Source: an uncultured Gemmatimonadaceae bacterium (GTDB lineage Bacteria; Gemmatimonadota; Gemmatimonadetes; Gemmatimonadales; Gemmatimonadaceae). From it: a stretch of DNA of 64,000 nt. Under the pieces are notes generated by a model. That model had not been told where the DNA came from. It worked only from the letters and a program-made list of their open reading frames with translations, and did no database searches. Below are positions 41,444 through 52,291 of the stretch, in pieces. Every line of letters starts with the position of its first letter. The first letter of the stretch is position 1. The stretch spans positions 448,001 through 512,000 of the forward strand of contig CAVVTZ010000009.1 of the NCBI GenBank assembly GCA_963751275.1, read 5' to 3'. The position numbers and the translations under genes are program-made.

Positions 41444-43315
41444 GTGTTCCGTTCCGCCGCGCTGCCGCTCCTCGCGCTCGCGCTCATCGCGCCTGCGCCC
41501 ACGCCCGTCGCCGAAGCCGCGCCCAACCAGAACCGGCATCCCGCCGGCCGCTGGTCGCACGACACGCTCTTCGTGACGCTGGAGGCCCGCGCCGCGCTCT
41601 GGCGCATCGACGAGAACGACAGCCCGCCCGCGTTGGTCCAGGCATTCGCCGACGAGCACGGTGCGCCGTCCATCCCGGGTCCGCTCATCCGCGTGCGCGA
41701 GGGCGCGGTGATCGTCGCGACGGTGCGCAATGGGCTCGCGGACTCCACACTCATCGTGCACGGTCTCGTCGCGCATCCCGCCGCGCGGGACGACACCGTC
41801 CAGGTGCGACCCGGCGCTTCGCGCGATGTCATCTTCCGCGCCGGCGCTTCCGGCACGTACGCCTACTGGGCGACCTCGCGCCATTCCGCGTCGATCGCGG
41901 TCCGCAGCGGCCCCGACGGTCCGCTCGGCGGCGCCCTCGTGGTGGACCCCTCGGCCGGACCCGTGCCCGACGACCGCATCTTCGTCATCACGCAGATCGA
42001 CCTCGACCCCGACTCCACGCGCCCCAAGCCCAACTACGACCGCTTCCAGCTCGCGATCAACGGCCGGGCGTGGCCGTACACCGAGCGTCTCACCTACGCG
42101 CAGGGCGACTCCGTGCGCATGCGCCTGGTGAACACCGGCTACGAGTTCCACCCGATGCATCTGCACGGCTTCTACTTCCGCGTGGACAGCCGGAGCGGGC
42201 TCCTCGCCGACACGCTCTACGCGCCGGCGGACCGCCGCATGGTCGTCACCGAGCGCGTCGATCCCGGCACGACGATGTCGATGGTGTGGGTGCCGGACCG
42301 CGCGGGGAACTGGGTCTTCCACTGCCACATCTTCGCGCACGTGGAGCCCGACCTCGTCTATCCCTTCCCGGGCGACACCATCCCGCAGTACCCATCGCCC
42401 ACGGGCAAGGGGCCGATGGCCATGTCGGGGCTGATGCTCGGGATCACCGTGACCCCGCGCGCGGGCGCCGCGCCCGCGGCGCCCGCCGCGGAGCCGCCGC
42501 GACGGGATGTGCGCATGGTGCTGCGCGAGCTCCCGTACCTCGTCGACTCCGCGCCGGCCATCTCCGTCGCGCTGGGCGACACGGCGACCTTCGGGCGCGT
42601 CCGCCTCCCGCACGACATCCCCGTGCCGACGCTCGTGCTCACCCGCGGCCAGCCGGCGCGCCTCTGGGTCGTGAATCACATGTCCGGCCCGGCCGCGGTG
42701 CACTGGCATGGCATTGAGCTCGAGAGCTACTACGATGGGATCCCGGGCTGGAGCGGCGAAGGCACGCACGTCGCGCCGCTGATCGCCCCCGGCGACTCCT
42801 TCGCGGCGTTCATGACTCCGCCGCGCGCGGGCACGTTCATCTATCACTCGCACATCGAGAACGGGCATCATCTCGCCAGCGGGATGTACGGCGCGCTCAT
42901 CGTCACGGAGCCCGGCGTGCCGTATGATTCCACTCGCGACATCGTGCTCCTCTTCGGCGGCGGCGAGCTGCAGCCCGACCAAGGTCTCTACCTCAACGGT
43001 TCCCGCCTCCCGCCGCCGCGCGCGCTCAAGGCGGGAGTGGCCTACCGCGTGCGCCTCATCGACATCGCCGAGAACTACGGCGTGCGCGTCGCGGTCACCT
43101 TCGCCACGCAGCCCGTGCAGTGGCGCGCCATCGCCAAGGATGGCTTCGACCTCCCCGGGTCCCAACGCACCGTGCGGCCGGCGGTGCAGGTGGCGAACGT
43201 CGGCGAGACCTACGACTTCGAGTTCACGCCGGCCCGCCCGGGCAACTACTCCCTCGAGATCATCCGCCCCGCCGGCGTCGTGAGCCGGCAGCTCTGGCGC
43301 GTGAGCAAGCCCTAG
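41444..43315 (+). CDS. exported multicopper oxidase with four cupredoxin domains
   Basis: HPMHLHG, FHCHIFAH, VHWHG and YHSH motifs. Confidence 0.9.
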   Translation: MFRSAALPLLALALIAPAPTPVAEAAPNQNRHPAGRWSHDTLFVTLEARAALWRIDENDSPPALVQAFADEHGAPSIPGPLIRVREGAVIVATVRNGLADSTLIVHGLVAHPAARDDTVQVRPGASRDVIFRAGASGTYAYWATSRHSASIAVRSGPDGPLGGALVVDPSAGPVPDDRIFVITQIDLDPDSTRPKPNYDRFQLAINGRAWPYTERLTYAQGDSVRMRLVNTGYEFHPMHLHGFYFRVDSRSGLLADTLYAPADRRMVVTERVDPGTTMSMVWVPDRAGNWVFHCHIFAHVEPDLVYPFPGDTIPQYPSPTGKGPMAMSGLMLGITVTPRAGAAPAAPAAEPPRRDVRMVLRELPYLVDSAPAISVALGDTATFGRVRLPHDIPVPTLVLTRGQPARLWVVNHMSGPAAVHWHGIELESYYDGIPGWSGEGTHVAPLIAPGDSFAAFMTPPRAGTFIYHSHIENGHHLASGMYGALIVTEPGVPYDSTRDIVLLFGGGELQPDQGLYLNGSRLPPPRALKAGVAYRVRLIDIAENYGVRVAVTFATQPVQWRAIAKDGFDLPGSQRTVRPAVQVANVGETYDFEFTPARPGNYSLEIIRPAGVVSRQLWRVSKP

Positions 43316-44589
43316 CCGCGCACTCGCACCAGCACGTAGTCGCGCGCGCCCTTCTTGAGCAGCAGGTGCCGCCCGGCGAGCATCGCCGTCGCGTCGATGC
43401 TCCGCTCCTCGGCGCCGAGCTTGCGTCCATTCACCGACAGTCCGCCCTGCTCGAGCAGGCGCTTGGCCGCGCCCTTGCTCGCCGCGAGCTTCGCCGTCAC
43501 GAACAGTTCCGACGTCTCGAGTGACCCGTCCGCCGGCGCGCCGATCTCCACGAACGGCACCTCCTCCGCGAGCGCGCTGAGCGCCGCCGCCGAGAGCGAC
43601 GCCGCGTCCCCCTTCCCGAACAGCAGCCCCGACACCTCCACCGCCGCGCGCGCCGCCTCCGCGCCGTGCACGCGCTCCGTCACGTCGCGCGCCAGCGCCT
43701 GCTGCGCTTCGCGCTTCTCCGGGTGCTTGCTCACCGCGTGCTCGAGCGACTCGATCTCCGCGCGCGGCATCAGCGTGAAGAACTTGAGGAAGCGCCCCGC
43801 GTCACGGTCGTCGGCGTTCACCCAGTACTGGTAGAAGCGGTACGGGCTCGTCTGCTTCGGATCGAGGAACACCGCGCCCGATTCGGTCTTCCCGAACTTC
43901 GTGCCCGTCGCCGTGGTCACGAGCGGCATCGTGAGCGCGTGCGCCTCGTGCGCGTCCACGCGCCGGATGAGTTCGATCCCCGCGGTGATGTTCCCCCACT
44001 GGTCGCTGCCGCCGATCTGCAGCGTGCAGCCCTCGCGCCGGTGCAGCTGCAGGTAGTCGTACGCCTGCAGCAGCATGTAGCTGAACTCAGTGTACGAGAT
44101 CCCGCCCTCGAGGCGCGACTTCACCGAGTCCTTCGCCATCATGTAATTGATCGAGAAGTGCTTCCCCACATCGCGCATGAATTCCACCGCCTTGAGCGGC
44201 AGCAGCCACTCCGCGTTGTCGCGCATCAGCGCGCCGCTCGTACCCGGCGAGAAATCCAGGAAGCGCGCGAGCTGGCCGCGGATCGCCTCCGAATTCGCGG
44301 CCACCACGTCCGGCGTGTTGAGCTGGCGCTCCGCGGTCTTCCCGCTCGGATCGCCGATCATGCCGGTGCCGCCGCCGACCAACGCGATCGGCCGGTGCCC
44401 GTGGCGCTGCAGATGCGCCAGCACCATCACCGGCACGAGATTCCCCACGTGCAGGCTCGGTGCGCTCGGATCGAACCCGCAGTACGCCGTCACTGCGCCC
44501 GCCTGCAGCGCCGCGCCGAGCGTCTCCGTATTTTGATACAGAAGCCCGCGCCACTTCAGTTCTTCCAGTAGTGAATTCGTCCCCGTCAT
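43312..44589 (-). CDS. tyrS: tyrosine--tRNA ligase
   Basis: YCGFDP, HVGN, GGSDQWGNI and KFGKT; S4-like C-terminus. Confidence 0.98.
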   Translation of the reverse strand: MTGTNSLLEELKWRGLLYQNTETLGAALQAGAVTAYCGFDPSAPSLHVGNLVPVMVLAHLQRHGHRPIALVGGGTGMIGDPSGKTAERQLNTPDVVAANSEAIRGQLARFLDFSPGTSGALMRDNAEWLLPLKAVEFMRDVGKHFSINYMMAKDSVKSRLEGGISYTEFSYMLLQAYDYLQLHRREGCTLQIGGSDQWGNITAGIELIRRVDAHEAHALTMPLVTTATGTKFGKTESGAVFLDPKQTSPYRFYQYWVNADDRDAGRFLKFFTLMPRAEIESLEHAVSKHPEKREAQQALARDVTERVHGAEAARAAVEVSGLLFGKGDAASLSAAALSALAEEVPFVEIGAPADGSLETSELFVTAKLAASKGAAKRLLEQGGLSVNGRKLGAEERSIDATAMLAGRHLLLKKGARDYVLVRVRG

Positions 44590-44664
44590 GCGACAAACAT
44601 AGACCGCCGTGGCGCCGCTGTCATCTCGCGCGCACTGTGGCCCCTACGTAGTTTGCTCTTGTCG

Positions 44665-44693
44665 TCCCCGATTCCCGACTCCCGATTCCCGAG
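44665..44693. repeat. heptamer array TCCCGA(T/C) x~4
   Basis: tccccgattcccgactcccgattcccgag. Confidence 0.75.
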
Positions 44694-44702
44694 CCGTACA
44701 AG

Positions 44703-46869
44703 TTGACCCGTAACCCCCTCCGTCTGTCGTTCTGGCGCTCCCGCCCCACCCTCACGAAACGGGTGGTCTTGCTCGCGCTGTTCGGCCTCAGCTTCGGCGC
44801 CGGCGCTGCCGTCGCGTCCTGGACGCTCGTTTGCCGCGGCGGCGCCTGCCCCGACCCCCGCCAGCTCGACCAGTTCGCGCCGCGCCAGACCTCCAAACTC
44901 TATGCCGCCGACGGCCGCTTCATCTCCGAGATCGGACTCGAGCGCCGCACGCTCGTCCCGCTCAAGGAGATCCCTACCGTCGTGCGCGACGCGTTCATCA
45001 TCACCGAGGACAAACGCTTCTACGAGCACCACGGCATCGACTGGGTGCGCGTCTTCGGCGCCGCGGCGCACAACGTCGTCTCGCGAGACTTCGGCCAGGG
45101 TTTCTCCACGCTCACCATGCAGCTCGCGCGCAACGCCTTCCCCGAGAAGATCTCCCGCGAGAAGACGCTCACCCGCAAACTGCGCGAGACGAAGATCGCC
45201 CTCGAGATCGAATCGCTCTATCCGAAGGACAAGATCCTCGAGCTCTATCTCAATCAGATCTACCTCGGCAACGGCGCCTACGGCGTCGAGACCGCCGCGC
45301 AGCGCTACTTCGGCAAGTCCGTCCGCGACCTGAATCTCGCGGAGGCCGCCACGCTCGCCGCACTCCCGAAGGCGCCCGAGCGCCTCAATCCGCGCCGCTA
45401 TCCCGATCGCGCCATCCAGCGCCGCAACACGATCATCGGGCTCATGCGCAATGAGGGCGTCGTCAGCGAGACGGACGCGCGCCTCGCGCAATCCTATCCG
45501 CTCGATCTCGCCAAGAAGAGCGAGTCCGGCGAGCTCGCACCGTACTTCGTGGAGTGGGTCCGCCAGCAGCTCGAGGATCAGTTCGGCGAGAAGCTCTACT
45601 CCGACGGTCTCAAGATCTTCACCACGCTCGACATCGATGTGCAGCAGGCCGCCGAGCGGAACCTCGAACGCCAGCTCCGCGCCATCGAGGCGGGGAAATG
45701 GGGCGCGTATAAGCACACCACCTACGAGCAGTACCTCAGCCGCAGCCTCACCGACAGCGAAGGCGGCGAGTCGTCGCCGTATCTCCAGGGCGCCATGGTC
45801 GCGATGGACCCGCGCAACGGCGCCGTGCGCGCGATGATCGGCGGCCGCGACTTCGATGATTCCAAGTTCAATCGCGCCACGCAGGCGCTGCGCCAGCCGG
45901 GCTCCACCTTCAAGCCCATCGTCTACGCCGACGCCATCCACTCCGGCCTCTCCGCCTCGCACCTGCTCGACGACTCGCCGCTCACCCTCCCGCAGTTCGG
46001 CGGCACCGATTGGACCCCGCAGAACTACGACCTGAAGTTCATGGGCATCATGCCCCTGCGGGAGGCGCTGTACCTGTCCCGCAACCTCGCGACGATCCGC
46101 CTCGGGATCGAGCTCGGCCCGCAGAGCGTGATCGACATGGCGCGCAAGCTCGGCATCACCACGCCCATCCCGCCCTACCCGTCCATCTGACATCGGATCG
46201 GCCGATGTGTACCCGATCGAGATGATCGCGGCCTACTCCGCCTTCGCCACGCTGGGCGTGCGCACCGCGCCGCACGGCATCGTGCGGGTCGAGAACGCGA
46301 AAGGGCAGGTGCTCTGGGAAGGCACGCCTCTGCGCTACGACGTGCTCTCGCGCGAAGAAGCGTGGCTGATGGTGAACATGATGAAGGACGTGCTCTCCAA
46401 GGGATCCGCCGCCTCGGTGGGCGCATTGGGATTCAAGATCCCTGCCGCCGGCAAGACCGGCACCACCAACGATTACACCGACGTCTGGTTCATTGGCTAC
46501 ACCCCCGATCTCCTCGCCGGCGTCTGGATGGGTTTCGACCGTCCGCAGAAGATCCAGGCCAATGCCCAGGGCGGCCGCCTCGCCGCGCCGGCCTGGACCA
46601 GCTTCATGACCGAGGTCTACCAGCGCCGCCTCAAGCCGCCCGACTGGCCGCGCCCCGAAGCGATCATCACGCGCCAGATCGACGACTCCACCGGGCTCCT
46701 GCGCAATCCATTCTGCCCCGCCTCCGTGGTCACGAGCGAGTATTACATTGAAGGCACCGAGCCGACGAAGGAGTGCGACGTGCACACGCCCACCGGCACC
46801 GTCTCGCCGTTCGACACGCTCGTGGTCCCGCAGCTCAAGGTCCCCGGCTCCCCTCCGCCGCGGCGCTGA
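44703..46869 (+). CDS. penicillin-binding protein 1A family; frameshift near 46188
   Basis: EDKRFYEHHG, STLTMQLAR, RKLRE, QPGSTFK, SRN and KTGTT. Confidence 0.93.
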
Positions 46870-46873
46870 GCCG

Positions 46874-48187
46874 GTGATCCGCTACCACGCGCGCTGGGTG
46901 CTGCCCATTTCGCGCCCGCCCGTGGAGCGCGGCACGGTGGTCGAGCACAACGGGGTCGTCGTCTACGCCGGCCCGCGAGACGGCGCACCCCCCGGCGACG
47001 ATCGTGATCTTGGCGACGCGTATCTCCTCCCCGGGCTCGTCAACACGCACACGCACCTCGAACTCACCGCCTTCCACGGACTCATCACCGCGCCATCGTT
47101 CCGTGAATGGATCGTGACGCTCCAGGCCGCGAAGACGGCCGTGATGACGCGCGAGCGCTACCTCGATTCCGCGCGCGCCGGCATCGCCGACGGCCTGCGC
47201 GCCGGCATCACCACCTACGCCGACACCTGCGACTCCGGCGTCGCGCTCGAAGCGATGCGCGAAGCGGGCGTGCGCGGCATCATGTACCAGGAGGTGTTCG
47301 GTCCCTCGCCCGATCCCGCCGCCGTCGCGGAATCCGCGCGCGCCCTCGACGCCAAGCTCGCCGCGCTCGAGCCGCTCGCCACGGACATGCAGCGACTCGG
47401 CGTCTCGCCGCACGCGCCCTACACCGTGAGCGATCCCCTCTTCGCGCTCGTCGCCCACCTGGGCCGCCCGATCGCCGTCCACGTCGCCGAGAGCGCCGAA
47501 GAGACCGCGCTCGTCGCCGAAGGCGCCGGTCCGTTCGCCGAGGCGCTCCGCAAACGAGGCATCCCCGTGGCCGCGCGCGCCGCCTCGCCAGTCGCCCTGC
47601 TCGAAGAACTCGGCGTGCTGGCTTTTCGTCCGCTGCTCATCCACTGCATTCGCGCGTCGGGCGCCGATCTGCGCATGATCGCCGCGCATGATTGCGCGGT
47701 CGCGCACTGCCCGGCGTCGAACGCGCACCTCGCGCACGGCGTCGCCCCCGTCGCCGCGATGCTCGCCCTCGGCATTCGCACCGGCCTCGGCTCCGACTCC
47801 ATGGCGAGCAACGAACGCATGGACATCCTCGAGGAAGCGCGGCAGGCCGCCGCCAAACAGGCCGGCAAGATCACCGCGGCGCAATCGCTCGCGCTCGCCA
47901 CCCTTGGCGGCGCGAAGGCGCTCGACCTCTCCGATGTCATCGGCACGCTCGACGCCGGCAAACAAGCCGACCTCGCCGCCTTCCCGATTCTCGCGACTGA
48001 TCCCGGCGATCCCGTCGCCGCCCTCACCACCCCGCGCCCAGCGCTCGCCACGTTAGTCGCCGGCCAACCGAAACTCTGGGACTCTCGCCTACTCGCCACC
48101 GACGAAGGTCACCGCGCTCGCCTCGTCGAGATCTCCGCCGCCCTCCGGGCCCACCGCGACTCGTTGAGCCCGCAGTCTAACGTCTAA
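46874..48187 (+). CDS. metal-dependent amidohydrolase (MTA/SAH deaminase-like)
   Basis: PGLVNTHTH, PHAPY, HVAES, HCPASN and GSD. Confidence 0.9.
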   Translation: MIRYHARWVLPISRPPVERGTVVEHNGVVVYAGPRDGAPPGDDRDLGDAYLLPGLVNTHTHLELTAFHGLITAPSFREWIVTLQAAKTAVMTRERYLDSARAGIADGLRAGITTYADTCDSGVALEAMREAGVRGIMYQEVFGPSPDPAAVAESARALDAKLAALEPLATDMQRLGVSPHAPYTVSDPLFALVAHLGRPIAVHVAESAEETALVAEGAGPFAEALRKRGIPVAARAASPVALLEELGVLAFRPLLIHCIRASGADLRMIAAHDCAVAHCPASNAHLAHGVAPVAAMLALGIRTGLGSDSMASNERMDILEEARQAAAKQAGKITAAQSLALATLGGAKALDLSDVIGTLDAGKQADLAAFPILATDPGDPVAALTTPRPALATLVAGQPKLWDSRLLATDEGHRARLVEISAALRAHRDSLSPQSNV

Positions 48188-48205
48188 GTCTAGAGTCTAG
48201 GTCTG
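48173..48205. repeat. degenerate 6/7-mer GTCTA array
   Basis: cagtctaacgtctaagtctagagtctaggtctg. Confidence 0.6.
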
Positions 48206-48246
48206 CTGTTCTAGCGAACCCGCCCACCCCCAAGGTATCTTAGACC

Positions 48247-49205
48247 ATGCATAATCCCGCCCCCAAAGGCGCCACCCAGTCCATTCTGGCGCGACGGCAA
48301 GCTCATTCCGTGGGCCGATGCCACGCTGCACGTGATGTCCCACGTCGTGCATTACGGATCGAGCGTCTTCGAGGGGCTGCGCTTCTACGAGACCCCCGGC
48401 GGACCCGCGATCTTCCGGCTCGACGATCACATGCGCCGCCTGATCGACTCGTGCAAGATCTACCGGATCCCCATCAAGCATTCGGCCGAGACGCTCGCGC
48501 AGGCCTGCGTCGATACCGTGGCCGCGAACGACATCCGCCACGGCTATCTGCGCCCGGTCGTCGTGCGCACCGGCGAACAGATGGGCGTCTTCGCCGCGGA
48601 CATCCCGGTGGAGACCTTCATCATCGCCTGGCACTGGGGCCGGTACCTCGGCGAAGATGCGCTCAAGGATGGCGTGGACACGTGCGTCTCCAGCTGGCGC
48701 CGCGCCGCGCCCGACACCTTCCCGGCGCTCGCCAAGGCCGGCGGCAATTACCTCAGCGCCTCGCTCTCCAAGATGGAGGCCCGCGGCGACAAGTACGCCG
48801 AGGGGATCATGCTCGACGCGATCGGCCACATCGCCGAAGGGGCGGGGGAGAACATGTTCCTGGTGCGCGACAAGATCGCTCTACACGCCGCCGCTCTCCG
48901 CCGGCATCCTGCACGGCATCACCCGCGATTCCTGCATGCGGATCGCCGCCGACTTGGGCTACGAGGTGCGCGTAGAGGCGCTTCCGCGCGAATTGCTGTA
49001 CATTGCGGACGAGGCGTTCTTTACGGGTACGGCGGCGGAATTGACACCGATCCGGTCCGTCGATCGTGTACAGTTGGGGGACGGGAAACCGGGGCCGGTG
49101 ACTCGCGCGATCCAGGAAGATTTCATGGGGATCGCGACCGGCAAGAAAGAAGACCGCTACGGGTGGCTGACTATGGTGCCCGAAACGGCCGCCGCTGCCC
49201 GATGA
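48247..49205 (+). CDS. ilvE: branched-chain amino acid aminotransferase; frameshifts near 48280 and 48878
   Basis: HYGSSVFEG, AKAGGNY, EGAGEN, LHGITR and FFTGTAAE. Confidence 0.93.
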
Positions 49206-49228
49206 GGGGCGCGGCGCGGTGAACGACT

Positions 49229-49260
49229 CCCGCCCCGGTTCATCGAGGCGGGCGTTTTTT
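49229..49260 (+). terminator. probable intrinsic terminator after ilvE
   Basis: cccgcc..ggcggg stem followed by a T6 run. Confidence 0.55.
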
Positions 49261-49274
49261 CAGGAGGCTCAAGC

Positions 49275-49883
49275 GTGATCGTCGGCTGTCTTGCGCTGAA
49301 TGCTTCGTTCGAACCACTGACCATGGTCCCCATGCGTCGGGCGCTGCGGCTTGTGCTCGATGGCAAGGCCGAGATCGTGGAAGCGGACACCGGCAAGGTC
49401 ATCCGCTCGGAGCGGCTCACGCTCCCGCGCCCCGCGGTCATTCGCCTCGTGAAGTTCATCCACGTGCCGCGCCGCTTCCGCCGGCAGGTGACGAACACGT
49501 TCCTCTTCGCGCGCGACCGCTACCGCTGCCAGTACTGCGGCCGCTCCTCCATGGAGCTGCGTCCGCGCGAGTCGCTCACGCGCGACCATCTCGTGCCGCT
49601 CTCCCGCGGCGGCACCAACGAGTGGACGAACGTCGTGACGGCGTGCTCGCCCTGCAACACGCGCAAGGGGAATCGCATGGCGGAAGAGATCGGCATGCAT
49701 CCGCTCGTGCCGCCGGTGGAGCCGCACTTCGTGCACCTCAGTTGGGCCGTGCGCCGTCTCACCCCGGCGCAGTCGAAGTACATCAAGCTCTTTTACGGCC
49801 CCGAGACGCTGCACCAGGTGGAGGAGCTGGAGCACCGCCCGCACCACGGGCGCGGCGCTCCCATCCTGAAAGCCGGCGCCTGA
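49275..49883 (+). CDS. HNH endonuclease (McrA-like housekeeping type)
   Basis: LALNASFEPL, RDRYRCQYCG, TRDHLVP and NVVTACSPCNTRKG. Confidence 0.92.
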   Translation: MIVGCLALNASFEPLTMVPMRRALRLVLDGKAEIVEADTGKVIRSERLTLPRPAVIRLVKFIHVPRRFRRQVTNTFLFARDRYRCQYCGRSSMELRPRESLTRDHLVPLSRGGTNEWTNVVTACSPCNTRKGNRMAEEIGMHPLVPPVEPHFVHLSWAVRRLTPAQSKYIKLFYGPETLHQVEELEHRPHHGRGAPILKAGA

Positions 49884-49895
49884 TCCCTCCGGCCG

Positions 49896-50558
49896 CTACT
49901 GCGGCCGGAACACCGCACTCCGCGCGCGGTACGTGCGCGTCTGCCCCCCCAGCAGCCGCGTGACCAGCGTGTTCGCGCCATGGCCGAGCGCGGCGCCGGC
50001 GTTCTCCTTCCCCTTCATCGCCGAGTCCGCGTCGCCGCTCAGCCAGCGCTTCACCTCGTCGATGTCGTTCACCGAGAGCATCTCGAGGTCGAGCGACGCG
50101 TAGTAGTAGTACTTCGCGTGTCCCGTGGGCGGCTGGATGTCCGGCACGAACGGGCGGGCCACGGCATCCTCGGCGTCCTTGAGTTCGGCGAACGTGCCGA
50201 GCGACTGCCAGCGTCCGGCGATGCGCGTGACCGTGTAGTGGCGCGCGAGCGGATCGTAGCTCACCACCACATCCCACTCCACGCTGCGCACGAGATCGTC
50301 GAAGAACCGGTTCGCCCTCCAGAGCTCCAACCGGAAGTGCAGGCGGGCCGGGAAGCCGCTGAACAGCAGTTCGCGCGTCGTGCGATCCGAGAGCATGCGC
50401 ACGCTGCGGAGCACCGGCGCTTCCTTCGCGCGCACGGAATCCGCCGGCAGGATGACCTCGAGCGCCGGCTCCGGCGGCGTGGCATGCTTGGGCGCCTGCG
50501 CCGCGACTCCGAGCGGGAGCGCGAGCAGCGCGAGAAGGAGCTGGGCGCGATGCGTCAT
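49896..50558 (-). CDS. exported DUF4390-like protein
   Basis: Signal peptide; SGFPARLHFRLELW and YDPLARHY; in an NtrYX-like locus. Confidence 0.6.
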   Translation of the reverse strand: MTHRAQLLLALLALPLGVAAQAPKHATPPEPALEVILPADSVRAKEAPVLRSVRMLSDRTTRELLFSGFPARLHFRLELWRANRFFDDLVRSVEWDVVVSYDPLARHYTVTRIAGRWQSLGTFAELKDAEDAVARPFVPDIQPPTGHAKYYYYASLDLEMLSVNDIDEVKRWLSGDADSAMKGKENAGAALGHGANTLVTRLLGGQTRTYRARSAVFRPQ

Positions 50559-52291
50559 CAGAAGCGGTGCTGCAGGCGGACCACGAACTGCAGCGGCGTC
50601 TGCCAGTCCGTGAGCGACTTCGCGGTGTAGAGACCCAGCCAGCCCATGTCGAGCCCGACGCCCGCGTCGGTGCGGAACGTGTAGAGCGGCGGCAGCGTCC
50701 ACGTGCCGTAGCGCACGCCGCCTTCGGTGGATCCCGTCACCCAGCCGCGCCCCGCGTCGGTGAACACCACCCACGACATGGTCTTGCTCAGACGGTACGA
50801 CCTCGTCTCATTGTCCGCGCGCTGGCGCGGGAACAGCCGCAGCGTGAAGTCCGCGCGGTACTCCACCTGCGCGAGCATCATGCGCGAGCACTGCGCGGGA
50901 TTCCCGGCCGGTGCGCTGCTGTCCGCGCAGGTGAAGACGTTCGGCGTCAGCGGCTGGCGGAAGTTGTAGCCGGGCAGCGAGCCGGGGCCGCCCATGGAGA
51001 AGCGCCGCTCGAGCGGCAGGTCGCCGCCGCCGATCCCGGTGCCGAACACCAGCCGCAGATTGAGATGCCCCTGCGGTGACACGCGGTTGTACCGCCGGAC
51101 GTCGAGGAATCCGCGTCCGTACGTGAGCGCCTCGGGCGACGCGCTGTTCACCCGCGCGACGTCGCTCGCCGGCCCTTCGGTGAGCGATGAGGTCCAGCCG
51201 ACCTCGACATCCGCGTTCACGAGCCAGCCGAGGTACGGGTCGGCGTCGCTGTTCCGCGTATCGAGTTCGACGCCGCCGTCCACCTGGCGCAAGAGTCCCG
51301 CGTCGAGCTGCGGGTTGTCGCGCCATGGGTTCGACGTGTGGAACAGCGAGATCGGATCCTGCGCGGTGCGCAGCGCCCACCACGCCTGCGTGTACGTGAG
51401 CGTGAAGGTCAGCGGCCCGCGCAACAGCGAGCCCCACGCGCTGCCGCCCTGCGCGTTGTAGTAATCGCGCATGTCGTCGCGCACGCCGAAGCTGTACAGC
51501 GAGATCTCGGGGTTCGACACCTGCCAATCTTCCGCCGGCGCCACCAGATCGAAGCCACGCGCGCCGTACGCGAAGCCGTGCGCTTTCCCCTGCCTCACCT
51601 CGGCAGCGATGTCGTAGCCGAGGTTCGCGCTCGTCCACGCGAAGCTGTTCACCGAGCGGTAGATCGCGAGCCCGGTGAAGCTGAACTGCCCGAAGGACGG
51701 ATTCCGCCGGAGGTCGATCCCCACCATGACGGGCAATCCTTCGACGCGGTCGTACGTGCCGGCCTTGAGCGCGAAGCGCGTGCGCGCGGAGTCGTAGCGC
51801 GTTTCCCACCGGTGGAACCAGCCCTCCTCCGCGCTCGCCGTGTCCGGCGACGCGACCATTGCGTCGCCCTGCATCCGGTAGGCGAGCGTCTGCGGATAGA
51901 TGGCGACGCTGCCACCCACCGTCGCGCTGTCGCTCTTGTGGAGCGCGCCGCCCACGACGAACACGCCGCTGTCCACCACCGCGCCCGCGCGCAGATCGAG
52001 CGATCCATTGATCACCACCACGCTGCCGTGCACCGTGCCGGCGATCGCGAGCGCGCCGTCGCGCACCGCGACGTTCCCGTCCACGATGCGTCCCGCGGCG
52101 ATCGTGGTGTTCCCCAGCGCGCGCACGGCGGCGGGTTGGTTGTAGCGGTACGCCGCCTCGCCGGCCACGGCGCCCGGGAGCACGCGCGTGGTGTCGCGCG
52201 CCGTGTCGCCCGCCTGTGCCGTGAGCGCGCGCGGCGCGCACACGAGAGCCGCACCCAGGATCGCCGGCACGAGGCACGTGGAACGCATCAC
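50558..52291 (-). CDS. outer-membrane BamA/TamA-like beta-barrel with a bactofilin-like N-terminal repeat
   Basis: GNVAV/GSVVV repeats; GGPGSLPGY and FTDAGRGW; terminal Phe. Confidence 0.7.
   Translation of the reverse strand: MMRSTCLVPAILGAALVCAPRALTAQAGDTARDTTRVLPGAVAGEAAYRYNQPAAVRALGNTTIAAGRIVDGNVAVRDGALAIAGTVHGSVVVINGSLDLRAGAVVDSGVFVVGGALHKSDSATVGGSVAIYPQTLAYRMQGDAMVASPDTASAEEGWFHRWETRYDSARTRFALKAGTYDRVEGLPVMVGIDLRRNPSFGQFSFTGLAIYRSVNSFAWTSANLGYDIAAEVRQGKAHGFAYGARGFDLVAPAEDWQVSNPEISLYSFGVRDDMRDYYNAQGGSAWGSLLRGPLTFTLTYTQAWWALRTAQDPISLFHTSNPWRDNPQLDAGLLRQVDGGVELDTRNSDADPYLGWLVNADVEVGWTSSLTEGPASDVARVNSASPEALTYGRGFLDVRRYNRVSPQGHLNLRLVFGTGIGGGDLPLERRFSMGGPGSLPGYNFRQPLTPNVFTCADSSAPAGNPAQCSRMMLAQVEYRADFTLRLFPRQRADNETRSYRLSKTMSWVVFTDAGRGWVTGSTEGGVRYGTWTLPPLYTFRTDAGVGLDMGWLGLYTAKSLTDWQTPLQFVVRLQHRF

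Noticed and set aside
46188..46190. Premature TGA codons (also at 39278 and 58698) as selenocysteine or readthrough
   Set aside because: The downstream coding continues in a different frame, so an indel rather than recoding is needed.
49275..49883. HNH gene as a defence or mobile system
   Set aside because: It is the common stand-alone McrA-like type with host-like codon usage and no methylase, intron or mobile context.
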